Source of the DNA: Octopus sinensis
Taxonomy: Eukaryota
Assembly (NCBI RefSeq): GCF_006345805.1
Contig: NW_021824831.1
Coordinates: 1,626-65,625 of the forward strand
DNA length: 64,000 nucleotides
Direction of reading: 5' to 3'
The position numbers and the translations under genes are program-made. Within the stretch, counting starts at the first letter, position 1. Each line of letters begins with the position of its first letter. The notes under the pieces are model-generated. The model was not told the DNA's origin, did not search any database, and was given only the letters and a program-made list of their open reading frames with translations. Below are positions 34,431 to 55,136 of this stretch, piece by piece.

Positions 34431-36750
34431 TCTAATTTTGTTAAATACGTTGATTAGATATGGAGAAGATGAAGAAAAGTCGCATCACTGCTTGGTAAAC
34501 TAAACAAATTGATTATTTGATTTTACTCGGAAATTTTTTGGTAACCTGTGTGGATGGAAAAGACATTTCAAAAAGTATTATGAAAATTTAGATCTTTAAA
34601 CAATCTATATATTGAGCCATTTTTAAACAATAAATTTTGAATAGCCAATTATAAATTTTCAAGAGCTCCTTATTTGCATTTGTGATTAATTAAAATGTTT
34701 AATATTATGTTACCGTCAATTTGCCAGGCCGTACTTTACATTTTAAAAATCAAACATATTATTTTAAATTATAATGAATTAAAGATTGCATTTTTTATAT
34801 ATTTTTTAAAAATATAGTTTTTTTATTTTAATTAAATATTGTCCATCCCGCGGCATAAAATGAGTTGCTTGAGTCTGTCTTCCAGCGAAATGGAAATAAT
34901 CAAACTTTTCAAAATGATGATTTATGATTATGACTGTCCTCAAATTCCTAAAAGACAAAAATATATTCTCAGAAAATTGTCTGAGTATTTTTAAAGCTTG
35001 ATTCTGTTTTAAGATTTTAACCCTATTAAGTTAATTATGATTTTGATATAATCTCCTTTAATAAAGGAATAAAATAGTTTTAAAACTATCTTAAAATACT
35101 CTATCTACAATAAAAGAATTCTTTGCATTTTCTGATCGGATTTCAATAAAATTTCAATACATCATGGTATCAGACCTGAATCCATTTAAAATATTTTTCA
35201 TCATAAAGATTATTTTTCTTTTTCGCTCAGTTGGTAAAAATAAATTCAATCGTCTATTCCCAGATTCAATTGTATTTTAGATCTTAGTCAAAATCAAGTA
35301 CAAAATAATTTTTCACCGAAGTCTAATGAAAGCAAACTTAATTTTTCTGCCCGGGACTCTTAGTTATAAACATTCATATTTCAGAATATTTATAACAATC
35401 TTCATTGAACTTTAACCATAGACTTGGCCTGACAACGTTATAGATATTTGAAACGTTTTTGGTTTTGTTAGTCAATGAGCAATCAATGAGTGCTTTCCTT
35501 TCTAAAATATTTTATTTTGGACAATCGTAATTTTGTAATTTAATTTCTAAAGTCGAAATAAAACAAATGCATAAATATGACTTTTTAAAAAATAAATTGT
35601 AAATTATTAATGAAGCTATCAGCAAAATAGGTGAACATAATTTAATATTTTGAAAATGAATTATCGAATCGTGAGTACACAGTTCAACTTTTATGTCATA
35701 CAAGTTAGTTTAGAGTTTTACTGTTTACTAAAATTCAAGTTTTTACCATTGACTGAAAAATTAAATTAATAACAAATGATTAAACAAAATCGATAACCAC
35801 CTGTAATTTAAATATTTCTTTTATCTAAATAACCACATATTCAAAGGCTTTGTGCTGTGTTTATGAACACTGATTTAATTGAATTGCTTAAGAAAAACCA
35901 AAAACCCAAAAAGCAAAATATGTCCACTGATATACTTAATTAGTTCGTAATTGAATATCGCAATAATCATAATGATAACAGAAAATAGACAAATAATCGA
36001 ACGACAAGGCGGAGCCCTTAATTAGCGAATCGGTAAATTTTTGTCACGATGGAGTTTTTTAAACACTTCCTTTTTTGTTTCTGGTGGATTCCTCTAGATT
36101 ACTCTGCATGGACTATTTTTAAAATCAGTCTCCTCTGTTTTAGAGGTGAAATGAGCATTTTGGTATCGTCCTTGAGGCCTATGACTGGATAATATTAATA
36201 GAATATAACTTACAGCTTATTATGTTAAAGGAACCCAAGATTATCTATAATACCATTTTATTGATCAATGTCGGTTTATAAAATAAGATATTTGTGGAAG
36301 GATCGATGTTAATTAAGCAGTATTGGCGAGATCAGAAAGACTATAAAGGCCAGTCTATGTTAATTTTCACGACAAATAAGAAAAAAATTTTAGACTAAAA
36401 GAAATGGGCAAATTAAATATAACATTAGTAGGGAAATGATTACGTAATGTTATAAACATAAAAATATTTTTTATAGTTCAGGGCTGATTAAGATTATTAT
36501 AATTCTAATATCTTGAAATAGTTTGGTAATCCCTTTTTAGCCACAATTTAATTGTGGTCGATTATATATCAAATTTTTGCCATTTTTTTGTAGATTGATT
36601 TGGAAATAACTTCAATCGGTAGGAACTTAATTAATATAAAAATAAAATCTTTACAATAACTCAATCTAAATTAATATTTATTAAATAAAATATAATTTAG
36701 TTTATAGATAAAAAACCAATAAAATAGCTCGTACTGGCAAATATTTTGTA

Positions 36751-43131
<6,381 letters not shown>

Positions 43132-43740
43132 TCTATGATTTAAACTATACGATTAATTAACTGATTTTTTTAAGAAACTTTAATATCATTCACTTCGCTG
43201 ATTATGTAAATGGGACATGGAATATTCATTAGTCGTCCTATTTTTTAATAGTTTATTTAAAATTATTAAAAATATCAGAAATTTTAATATAAAGTTCTTA
43301 GAGAAATTTACTTGTTCTCTTCTAAAATCTGTTGCCTTCGCTGCAGTAGAAGTATTCTTCCATTATTTGTTAAACTGCGTGTTCGCGTTCAAGTCAAATA
43401 ATTTCCATGTTAATAGAGTAGCGGATTGGGGTGGATTTATATCTCGAATATAAATTTTCCTTTGAAATTTCTTTTTGCTAGTAGATTCCAGTCAATGTGT
43501 GGAGTTGTTGATACTTTATTTCCAATGTTAAATTCACAAAAATTTCTTCTAATTTGTCGGCCACTTCTCTTCCACTTTTGTTCAGAATGTTCCTAGTGAA
43601 TGCATATTTCGACTACAGAAATTAATCAAGAAAAATGATCATTTTGATTCTTAAATCTACAATAATAACCAATAAACTTTAAAACTTTTAAGATTAATTA
43701 AATCGAATTGAAACCTTTCATCAGGTAAATCAGCGACAAT

Positions 43741-44118
43741 ATGGCTCGAATCGTCATACTGCACAGCAAACTTGCATATATTGCACTCAGTTACGACTTG
43801 ACGAATGATGTTTCGCTTGATTACAAAAAATCTCCTTCTGCAAAGTGCATCCAGAGCATTATGCCCACAATGATTTGTTTCGTGAATTTCTTAAGCAATG
43901 ATTTTCATTTCTTCTGTGCTTGTTAAAGCTATGAAAAGCTTGTGAAGTCGATTATTATTTCGCAGATATGGCTTTCCGTGAATAAGAATGAAATTTTCAG
44001 CTTTCTTTCTTACCCGGAAATTTTTAACTTTTGAAATATTTACGTCTTGACCTTCAAGAACGGATTTTAGTGGATTGTACTCTGTATCAGTTTTAATAAA
44101 CATCCTCATTTGGGCCAT
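43741..44118 (-). mobile_element. Ginger/Gypsy-type integrase N-terminal remnant
   Basis: NFRVRKKAENFILIHGKPYL followed, after a stop, by an H2C2 zinc motif: IHETNHCG...RQVVTECNIC. Confidence 0.6.
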
Positions 44119-45013
44119 TAGGCTAACGTAATTGTTTTAACGTGAATTATTATTTTATAGGAGGCTGAACGATTAAATGAAATAAATCTGCTCGTATGGG
44201 GGAAAATCAGATAATTGTTAGATGTCTATTGTCAGGGTGGACGGTTTTGGATGAGTAAAACCTCTTGAAATGCAATTCATCAGTTTCTGAAAGGAGATGA
44301 ATTTATTTTTCTTTAGAAAATTTCCTGGCAGAACATTAGTAAATTTTATAGATTGCTACTGTATGTGGAACAGATTATTATACAAAAACAATAAAGTCTC
44401 TTTAAATCGGAATACTAATTTTTGAAATGAAGGGAAAAGGCCAAATCACTCTTTTGGACAATCAGGTCGTAGATATCCAAAACACGGTTTTTCAAAGAGT
44501 CATGAGAACATTTGTGTAATTCTAGCTCTAGTTTGTAGAATTTCAGAAATCGGTGAAACACTTAGTAGCGAGAAATATTAATTATGTTACTTAACGATAT
44601 TTTCAAATACTTAAAATGAATGAACGTTTACAAATTTGAAAATACGACAAAAAAGGGGTTTCTCTGGCATTCATTGCTCAATGACATCATGAAAAGAGTA
44701 ATATATGATACGTGATTTTTTCCCCTTCTTGTTAACCGCGGAAACGAAATTTTCCCGTATCTTTTCATCCTTTTGGAAAAAGCCCCCTGTTTGTGACATA
44801 ATTTTCTGAAATTCTCCGCCGAACTTCTGACTTAATAACATGCCAGAAAAGCAGGTTAATTTAAAATTAAATTAGTTTTTGGATTGGTTGTAAGTGGACC
44901 ATTTACGTGAAACACGTGACGCCTTCTTGTCTAAGATTGCCAAATGTAGATATCACAACAAATAGCAGAATTGTCTTAAGGACAAATTATTCTGTTAATT
45001 ATTATATTTAATC

Positions 45014-47771
45014 ATGAAAGATAATAATATATCATTTATTCCTAGAAATAATAGAGTAGTATCCAACAACATTCAAGTTGATTATGAAAAACATGATATA
45101 CCAGCCAATAGCCCGACACATTAACTGTTTGGGTGAGGAAAACAAAATGATTAGAAAAAAAGCACTACTGGGTATTCAACATGAAGCAATCGATAAGGCA
45201 ATGAACAGAGAGGAATTTGAGAAACTCTTTTTTAGCGACATAATCACTCCCCTACTAAGAATAGTATCCGACCCGGTAGAATCCTGCAGAGAACTGGCTC
45301 TTTCTCTTCTCTCCAGCTACCTCCCTCTCATCTCTGCTCAGAAAACAGCTCTGCAATACATAGTCCCAGTTTTCCACCAAAGATACACGCAACAACCACT
45401 TATTGAAGACTCCGAAGAAGTTAGACTACAAGCAGCACAACTCGTTCTTTCATTCATTGTACCAGAAATGACATTTTTTGAAGATGTTGGGAAAATTACG
45501 CTCGCATTCCTTACTGATCCCTTTCCGGCCATCAGACACGTGGCTTGTTCTTGTGTAGTGCGTCTTGCCGAGATAGGTCACATTTATAGCCAGACTGAGG
45601 CTATCCTCAAATCTCTCTTGGTCTCCGTCGTTCATCAGCACTCCAAATTACGTAAGACGATTGTGGAGACAATTGGTTTTGTTTTGTGTTATGTTCAAAG
45701 GCGTGCTGCTTTTGAGAGGAAATGGAAAATTATTGACTGAGGCATTGCCGCATTTGGCCCAACGATTCTTTGATCCCAACCACACAGTCCGGGAGGCTGC
45801 AACACGTGTCGTTGGAATGTGGCTTATCGAATTGCCTGACAGATACTCCTACTTCCATAATCTAATTCCTCTTCTTCTTACCTCCCTCAGTGATAGACAG
45901 CCCTCAATTGTTAATGTGGGGATGTCACTGTGGAATGATGCGGGAATTAAATTTATGAAAGAAAATGAAGAGGATTTGAAGGATAAAATGGATTTTATGG
46001 AATATTCCTACAGCAGTGAGCCCCTTAGGATAGGAGATACTACTTGTTTTATCTTTTGTTTCTAATCCTAGACGAAATATGTAATTTGGGTTGTTGTGAG
46101 CTTGTGAAAAGGAATATTGGGCGTATTCTGCTTGCTCTTATGGCTGATCTTTCAGACTGGCTTGTCTCCACTCGCTCTAAAGCAGCTGACCTTCTCCCCT
46201 ACCTCCTGATCAATGCTGGTGAATACATGACTCAACATACCGAGCTGATTATTCAAATTATCATTAAAATATCAGCTGACAGTGAACAGACACTCTCCTA
46301 TAAAGTATTTCTCTCGATTCTAGTTAACAGAAAGCAGCCAATATAGCTGGCTTTTTTATATCTCCTGATTTGTCAGTCGATATATGTTTGGGTCATCTTT
46401 CAAAAAATTTATCGTCTCCTATTCTGACGCAGAGCACTCTTTTTGTACTAAGTGCCTTGATTAAAGGAATTCCACAAGACGTATTTGAAAAATTCTTACA
46501 TAAGTTAGCGCCGAATATATTAAATTCCTTTAATGATGTCTGCCACTCTGAAATTGTATTGGAATTTTATTACTCCTAGGCTCTAACTCAAAGGGCGTTG
46601 TTTGAGTGTTATGTATCATTGTGGAATATTTTAGGGGATGATTTTTATAAATATACTTTTGAAGTTCTTAAAGGAAGTTTGTACATATATTCCATTACCG
46701 AGGATCGAGAACTGGGATTAGAGATTAAACTATTTTGGGAGAAAATGGCAGAGGCGGAAGGTCTGGGTTCAGTTAAAGATCTTGTTAACAAATTCTCTAT
46801 ACAATTATTTGGCTCGTTGGGTTCAAATGCTCAGTGGACGGTTTTTTCTCCTGAAGGAAAATTCTTTGACTGTCTTGTTTCTGAATCGAGTCTCTATTAT
46901 ATTAAATTTTATTTTTAGTCACAGTCTCGTCTTGGAGTCTTGCGAGGCCTTATTTTGAACAAAATTTAAGCACTGAATGTGACCCAAACCTTCGATTACG
47001 AATATTATCTTTATTTTCAAGATTTGTTTTGAAAGTAATTCAATTGGAAGAAATCGATACGATAATTAATTCGGAGGAGTAAGTGATTGCGGTCATCCGT
47101 AGAATTGAGTGGGTTATTGGTCGACTGATTGCTCCCAATATAGTATGGAAGGCTGGTCGTTCTGCATCAGCAGTGAGAATTGCTGCTTTGGCCTGTCTTT
47201 GGACTGTGATGAGTCAACAAATCATACAACGAAATATTTCTGCAGAATTCTCCCCTAACATTTACTTTGGTCTTTTAAATTCATTGACGTCTTGCTTGGA
47301 GGACAGTAACTCGATGAGTCGTCTTTTCTCTGTCAGAATATGTAGCAGTTTGATGTTGATATTTTCAAAAATTCCGACAAACAACTGTGATTTTGACATC
47401 GAGGAAAAGTTGTTTGCCTTCAGTGAAAATTTGCTTAAACGAATGGACGACAGTGACGACAATATTCGACTTGAAGTTTTGGAAGCTTTTTATTCGTATT
47501 TCGATTGCATTCGTCATTTTGGTCTGGCAAACAAGCGTGAGAGTTATTTTGAGTTTATATTTCGATGCTTGCTTATTCACATGGACGATGTTGCAGTTCA
47601 GGAGTCTGTTTGTGGTTATTTTATTATTAGTAAATGTTAGGGCTCTTGATGAGTTTGATTGATGTGAACGGGCATTTGTTGAGAGCGGAACTTGTCAAAG
47701 TTTGTGGAAGGCATCGAGTGACTCATTACTGTGATATGCTACTTAAAAGATTGGATGAAGACTGTGCCTAA
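45014..47771 (+). CDS. DNAAF5: Dynein axonemal assembly factor 5 (HEAT repeat protein), about 849 aa, 8 introns
   Basis: Recognisable DNAAF5/HEATR2 blocks: IEDSEEVRL, LPHLAQRFFD, DRYSYFHNLIPLLLTSL, KENEEDLKDKMDF, DWLVSTRSK, IAPNIVWKAGRSASAVR, LIHMDD, HRVTHYC. Introns 45077-45104, 45676-45700, 46046-46071, 46305-46330, 46556-46579, 46890-46918, 47079-47102, 47615-47640. 2550 nt in frame. The first exon and start codon are less certain. Confidence 0.92.
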
Positions 47772-48649
47772 CTGTTTGGCTAATAAAATTACGTTATTTC
47801 TTAAGTTATCAAATGTAATACATTATTTTAATGCAGATAAAGATAGGCTTAGATATATAAAAGTTGAAAAGTCCATTAATTTCCCAATGATTTTCAATTT
47901 CACAGTGAAGCTTTATGTTGTAATCTATGCTATATTTTGTAGCATTCTTTAAAAAATCACAAATATATTTAAAATATTAACGAGACTAAAAAAGGGCTTA
48001 AACGTTTTTTCCTTACTCTTAGTACGAATGATTTTTTACTAAATCTAACTTGAGCTCTTTTTGGGGGAATATTTCATTATATACACTACGATATCCTCCC
48101 TTAATAATTTTTTATACTATTGGATTCGGGTTACCTTCAGAATTAAAATGTCGAAACAATTTCAAAATTTTTGCCGAAAGACAAGCTAATGAAATAATCA
48201 AATTGTTAATTCATAAAAAGTAAATAAGACTGATATTGGTAAAGAAAAATTTTTTAATATTCTTATTGAAAAATTAACGAAAAGGAAATAACGGACAACG
48301 AAGTAAAGGATTGTATTGTATCAAGGATGTTACTCTGGCCTCTTCTGTACCCTAATCATGGAGATGCGTTGGTAGTTGTTTAGACATTTTCTAAGAATGG
48401 AACAGGAAACGCCTGAAAATATCTTCATGGAATAATTCTTTGAAATACTTAGAGAAAAGTTTCGAAGTCGTTTACTTACTATGTTTCCGGAAGTTCTACT
48501 CAATGGCCTAAAGCTAACAATAAGAACACTAAATGAGAATAAAGGCTGTGTATATACAATCAAATCGACTATATTACCTGCTCAATCTCATTAAAGAGAT
48601 TGTTGTCCGACTCTAGAAGTTGTGGAGGAACGTTAAATGACAGTGACCA

Positions 48650-50010
48650 CAAACTTACAGTTTCTAGATTAAAGCTTAAACGATAACCAAATTTATAACA
48701 TGGGAAGTAACCAATGCATTCATGCACCTTAAAGGCAATCGATCAGCGGGCTATGATGGTATACCGGGTGAGTTACTAAAACACGCCCCGACTATCGTTT
48801 GAAATATAATCAGGAACATATTAAACGAGTCAGTTGAGTTTTATTGTTCCCTTCCATTAGTCTTAATCCCAATACACCAATCTAGAAAAAAGCTAGATGG
48901 ACTAAGGCCAATTATTTTACTGTCAACCATCAGGAAAACTTTATCGATTATAGTGCTTAACCGGATACAAGAGCCTATTTAAAAATATTTTTCTCAAAGT
49001 CAACGTGGGTTTCGAAGTGAAAGATCTACCTCAGATATCGTGTGGAGCCATAGATGTCTTACATCAATATGCCAAAAATACTCAAAAGTCATATAATTTC
49101 AGAATTTGATTGTACGAAGACCTTCGACAGCATTAATTGAGAAAAACTCATGAATGTTCTAAAGGAACTTGAAAAAGATTGTCTAAAACGAATAAGTCTA
49201 TTACTTTCTAAAACGGATCTATCTGTGAAAAATGGAACTAAGCAGTCAGTGAGTACTTTGCCTTTACTGACCAGGAAATAGTTGACAAAGTTTAACTCAA
49301 GGCCGAAAATATATTGAATAAATTGAATTTACGTATAAACATTAAGAAGACTGATTTTACACGAATCAAACAAACAAAATCAAGAAATTACAAGCATTGG
49401 AAACATACAAAAAAACTTGGCTCACTACTTTGGGATGCCGAAGAAAGATGTTTGCCACAACATCCTTTAAAAAATTGCACATCTGTTTAAGAAAAAAGCA
49501 TTTTCCGATGAAAATTTGAATCTGATTATATAATACTTTTGTGAAACCAATATTGCTCTGTAATTTTCTTCAAAAAAGATTTAGAGAAGCTAGATGCATT
49601 TCATAAAAACCAACTCCGTAAACTGATCAGAATCTTCTGGCCAAGAAAAATTTAAAATGAAAAATTATACAATATATGTAAATCTATACAAATCATTATG
49701 GACGTTATTTTATCGAGATGGCAACTATTTGGACATATCCTTCTAAATCATGTAACAAAATAATGGATGAATATGTCCACTCCGGAAGTCATGAGTATCG
49801 AGGGCGACCAAGGAATACGCTTGCAACATGCTTAAAAAAAACTACGCAACAATCGGCGGTAAACTGGTCGCGGCGGACGATCTGTACGACGTTCGAATGA
49901 AGACCAGAAACAAAAGAGCGTGGGCAAAGATGGCGGGGAGCATGGCTCTAAGCATTCCTCAAGCGAAACCCTTCTAGGGCGACGCGAAAGAGCTAACTAA
50001 CTAACTAAAA
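48650..50010 (+). mobile_element. Decayed RTE-like LINE with (CTAA)n tail
   Basis: TKTFDSIN, VKPILL...KLDAFHKNQLRKLIRIFWP, WQLFGHIL, ending CTAACTAACTAACTAAAA. Confidence 0.7.
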
Positions 50011-51714
50011 TTGTTTGCTAAATTAAAGAACGTTAGAGAGTGGAGAATCGAGTGATGTAAGCTCCACTTGCTTATCTCGTTTGACCTCCTTGACAAAATC
50101 ACTCAAATTATCTAATTTCTGTCATAATTATGACAAACTCGAATTGCAGGTTATTTTCAGTCCGATGTTAAAAACTTCATATAGAAACAAAGAAATCTGT
50201 CGCATATATCTACATTTCTGTTCCTCGATGTGCTTGAAATGGCCGCCATCCTTGAAAAATATTTTTAAAGAAAATTAATTTTAGCATCTCCCGGAACGGT
50301 CAGACTGGTTTCATCATGACACGTATTTTTATTCAATCCACCTGCTTACATATAATCCAAACACGATTCCCATACAGACAATTCGGTTGCGGGTCATTAA
50401 TACTTGGAAAAAGGCAACACGAAAGAGTCGATATTGAATGGCAAATCCTTATTCCTGTGGATGAAATAATCCCAGATCTTTTAAGATAATCATTATAACT
50501 GGAACTGGGGATCGCGAAGAGTGGTGGAGATACTCACATCTGGCAAGGAAAGCGATATGGGATAATATTATTAGCCACCACTTCGGAGATGTAGGCCATC
50601 TCAACCATCTCATTTACGTAATCAAAGATCTATCTTACTCGTCAGAAGCGGGAATAGTCATTGAATCTGGAATAGCAGAAATTTCCACCACAATTATTTT
50701 TTGCTAGAATAATTGAGCGGTTCATGCGTGTTGGTCGTAGTCGATGAGCATGGTCCGTCTCTAAAACATGTGAATTGGGGAATGAACGCCCAATCTGTAG
50801 GACATGAACTCAAAAAAGAGAAAAGACGAATAGGTCCCTCTTTCGTAATGAACCTTTGGGTGAGACGGAGCTCATAAAGCAGTAACCAACTGTCCGTCGT
50901 GTACAAGGTAAATCTTATGATTTTTTATAAAGACTTGTGAAAGGAGAGTAAACTGCCATATTCACAGAATTTTCTGGCAGCATTGTACACTAACTGTACA
51001 CACATTTCCGCACAATGTATGATTATTCTGTCGAGTAATAGTCAATAGATTTTGGAATCCACCCCAACCAGCGAACTCGTCCCAGAAAGACTGTTCGAAA
51101 TTCTGGCAGATATCGATTAGTGTGCTTTATTCAAAGCAATAACAAATTAAATAAATTTGCAAAATCATACCTTGATTGCAAATATGAGTTGTTTAAATTG
51201 ACTAGATATCTAGTTAATATTCATTTAACTTTACATTAGAGCAGTAGTTCTCATCTTTTTGTTTCGCATACCCCTTGGTGTCTAAAAACATTTTCTCGTA
51301 TCAAGTATCGATTTTTAAAAAATTAAAACAAATTATTCAGTGAATATTAATAAATGACTAATCTTTCTATTTTGGGATCTGTTAGTGAAAGATGGACTGA
51401 TCTCACACGATGGACTGATTTTGAATTGAACAAGTCTTTGTTTACAGAGATATGTTGTCGGAAAAAAACCAAAAAATCGATTAAGCTATTCTTGGATACT
51501 TGAAGGTAAATCATAAACTTTTACGGAAAAAGTACACCCGTAAGATCTACTTCATTTATTTCTTAACATTACTTCCTAAAAACCTTTTTTCCAGAATGTC
51601 AACAATTCTAACTCCCTTCCTTTGTACCAAGAAATTCAAAACAGTAATTCGCGAGAAAATGCACGTTAAATAAGATAGGGTTACGCCCCAATACTTATTT
51701 AATAATATTTTCGA

Positions 51715-52321
51715 TAGAGATTCACTCCGTTTGGGTATCTGCAATCGCCTTGGGCTCCCTGTCTGCAGACCTTACCCCTGCCGTTGTGGGGCTAAAGTTA
51801 ACGCCTTTGGGCTACAACCTCTGTCTTGTCGAATGAGTGCCGGCCGATTTCCTCGGCACACTGAAATTAACAATTTAATTCACAAAGCTCTGGAAAGAGC
51901 TGGTTTCCCTTCAGGTCTGGAACCGACGGGTCTTGATCTTAAAGATGCAAAACGTCCCGACGGCTGTACGGTTTTCGCTTTTGAATCCGAAAAGCAGCTT
52001 GTTTGGGACGTCACCTGTGCCGACTCTTTCGCCAAGGGAGCCTTGAATTTCACTGCTTGTCGACCTGGTTCGTCGGCCGAGAAGGCCGAATCCACGAAAA
52101 TGACGAAATATGAGGATTTGGGCGATCGATTTTGCTTTTGGGCAATTGCCGTTGAGACTTCTTGTGTTTTGGGGGGCAAGACGCTTGCTCATCTAAAGAA
52201 ACTTGGCCGTCTGTGCACCCATCGCTCCAGAGATCCCAGGGAATTTATATTCCCTATTCAGAGGATCTCGCTGGCTGTTTTACGCGGGATTTGTCTCTCA
52301 ATCCTGCGAGCTGGTACTTAA
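51715..52321 (+). mobile_element. CRE-type non-LTR retrotransposon 3' fragment (CCHC plus restriction-like endonuclease)
   Basis: ORF 51731-52321: CRPYPCRCG...LSCRMSAGRFPRH...LEPTGL...KRPDG...WDVTCAD...KYEDL...AVETS...IQRISLA. Confidence 0.85.
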
Positions 52322-53623
52322 TAGCTAGCTTATTCGGTTTTCCACTTTTTGTAAAATTAATTAGGTTCATATTGATAAATATAAATGTTTATTTTCACAA
52401 AAAATATGCCTGAGTTACGCGCATCTCTCAAACTCCGTAAAAGTACGTCTGTAAAACTTTCATCCTGGCTATCTTACTGTACAACTCAGAAACGTGAGGA
52501 CTGAATCAGAAATGTGTTGAAAATCTCAGTGCTTTTTACAGGCAATAATTCAGATCACTACTGAGAATACATTATCTGACAAAGATGAAAAAGCGAGACT
52601 TATACTCCGTTTCCAAACCAGAGCACCTAGAGACAACTATTACTAAAACCCAATGAGTATTCTTTAACCACTTCGGCCCGATGAGGACTCTTTGTATGGA
52701 TCCCTCTGTTCCAGCTAATGACATCACGGAAAGATACTTTGATGTCCTGAGCCTTTTCAAGCCAGGACACGCACTACACTACCACTGCTCATAAACAATG
52801 ACCCAAAGAATGCAGGATTGCTATTAGAAGATGCAGACGACTTAAACAGACTTCGAAAAAGACAAAATAAAGTCGTTCACTGCTTGCATTTAAATTTGTC
52901 CTGAAAATTTGGAATTAGGAAAACAATGAAGGTCAAACCCATTCAGTCCAATATGTTGTGGAATTCGTTAAAATAAGAGTCTATATAGCAATCCGAACTG
53001 ATACTGCTGTGAAAGAATAACAGACCAGATATCTTTGTTTATGAAAAAACTAGAAATTGATTACCATCATCGAGATTGGAATAAGATCGTAGAGTCGTCT
53101 GAAACATGTGAAGTGGAGAAAATACACAAATAAGGCCTGCTAGAGAGAACTGGAAATTATTCATAAAGCAAATCTAAGATTATTCCTGCAGTACTTATAT
53201 AAGACCGTATTGTCTCTACTATAAGGGCCATCTTTATTCTCTTGACATAGCAAAAGAAACGATGCATTATATACAATCTCCCGCCAGCTAGCGGTTGAAG
53301 CATATAAGCCTGTAGAAAACAGCAATTCACACAGATTTAATGGAATCTTTGCTGACGTATTTCTTAAATAAGGAATTAATTCTATAAAAAATTAAAAAAA
53401 ATAAGTCAACTGAGAAAGTAATTGTCTAACTTGATAGGTTCTCTTTCACCTTCCATCTTTTTTGAGGATCTCTCGCTACATATTAATTACTAGCTCAGCA
53501 GTTCGCTTCGCTCACTGCGAGCTAGCTCCTGCGGAGGCCCTGCTCGCTACGCTCGCAGTTTCCTTAAATAACTATAAATTTATGTAGATATATAAATGCG
53601 ACCTGCTTTGATATAACCTTATT

Positions 53624-54418
53624 CTAAGGCCTGTGGATAAACGATGTTTGCAGTCCGTCCATCCTTGGCAAATATAAATAAATTTCTCTTCTACCTACCC
53701 TTGAGCACCCCACATACAGCTGGCCATGTGAAAAGCACTCGTTCTCTAAAAATAAGCCTACTACCTTTAAAGACTGTCCCTGGGCCTTGTTTATTGTCAT
53801 AGCAAAACTTATCTTCAGCGGAAATTGTAGTCTCTTAAATCTATCGCAGGCCCTTTCATGGTCCATAATAACGTCGACCGATTATATATCTTTCTCTGCC
53901 AGGGATTTTCATTAATAAATCTAAATTTATATTAAGTACCTCATCATTAAGTGGAGCTAATATAGCTCGTTCACGCAGCCAGTCGAAATTCACGTAGTGT
54001 TCAGATAGTTTGGAATAGACGGCATTCAATAATTCTTCTGCTGTTTCTACGAAAATACATAATTCTTCCGGTAGCCTAATTTTCTGGTCGTGCATTTCTG
54101 AAGTGATTGCCCCATTTCCAATATCTAGAGGGATTTGTGGGAATATGCTATTAACGCCTTGTAAATGTGCATGTACATTTACATCTAAGCTTACCTTTTT
54201 CACGTGTGTCCACAAATATGACGATTTGAGGCAGGCATTCAATTCATCCGCAGGCGTCCCTCTTTGAATAATTGGCAGCGTCTGTCTAAAATCACCTGCC
54301 AATACAACTAATGCTCCCCCAAACAAATGGTCGCTACAATTCTTGATATCTCTATATGTTCGGTCAACTGCTTGAATGCGCCTTTATGAGCCATCGTACA
54401 TTCATCCCAAACAATTAA
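53624..54418 (-). pseudogene. Helitron PIF1-family helicase remnant, copy 3
   Basis: ORFs 53856-54326 and 53624-53866, near-identical to copies 1 and 2 with an extra frameshift near 53880. Confidence 0.92.
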
Positions 54419-55136
54419 CCTAGAATGCATAATTCTATTACCCGTAGTTGAGTCTAACAGCAGTCCTGACCTTGTTCAGCTGTTGTCTAAGTTCCCTCAC
54501 CATTTAAGCACATCTTCCCTCGTTTCTCTTTTTTTGTTATATGGTTCATATTCTCTTGTTTGTTAACATTCTCAGATCTCTCTTATAGGACATGCTTATG
54601 ATTTTGTAAACGCGAATCAGTAATTTATATTAAATTTTCTACGTAAATTTATTTAGTGAAATTTATGTAAAGTGTATTATCCAATCAAAGCCATTATACT
54701 TAATTGCCTCTATGTTTAAAGGAATTGAAACTTTAGCATAATCGAACTTGTCTGTTTCGGTAAAGAAAATGATAATCAGCTTCATCTTTGTAGTATTATA
54801 AGGAAAAAAATTAAAGCCTGTTAAATCAAGGAGATTTAAATATAGGCAAATTGAAATTTACATGACTAATTTAAATTTTATTTGCCTCTATCTTTTAAGA
54901 AATCTAAACAGTAGCATAATCGAATTTGTCAGTTTCGGCAGTTAAAAAGAATCAATTATGTAAATCTCTAATAATTTTTGCTTTTTCCTTTTAGTGGTTT
55001 TCAAAATCTGATAATTGCACAGTCTATTCATGGTCGATAACAATTAGAGCTTTTATTTTATTTTTTTAACGAAAATTTAACAAAAAAGAATTTATGTCAT
55101 CGAAAAAAGATAGCTAAGCTAATTAATGGCCTCACG

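Noticed and set aside
36185-36213. 29-nt GT-AG intron-like segment on the minus strand upstream of myosin
   Set aside because: The flanking frames give only short peptides with no start or homology. It could be a UTR or ncRNA intron but is unsupported without transcripts.
50000-51100. Possible Gypsy integrase or LTR remnant
   Set aside because: Only vague His/Cys patterns; no continuous motif.
52420-53350. Possible additional RTE-like remnant
   Set aside because: Too degraded to assign; no intact RT motif found.
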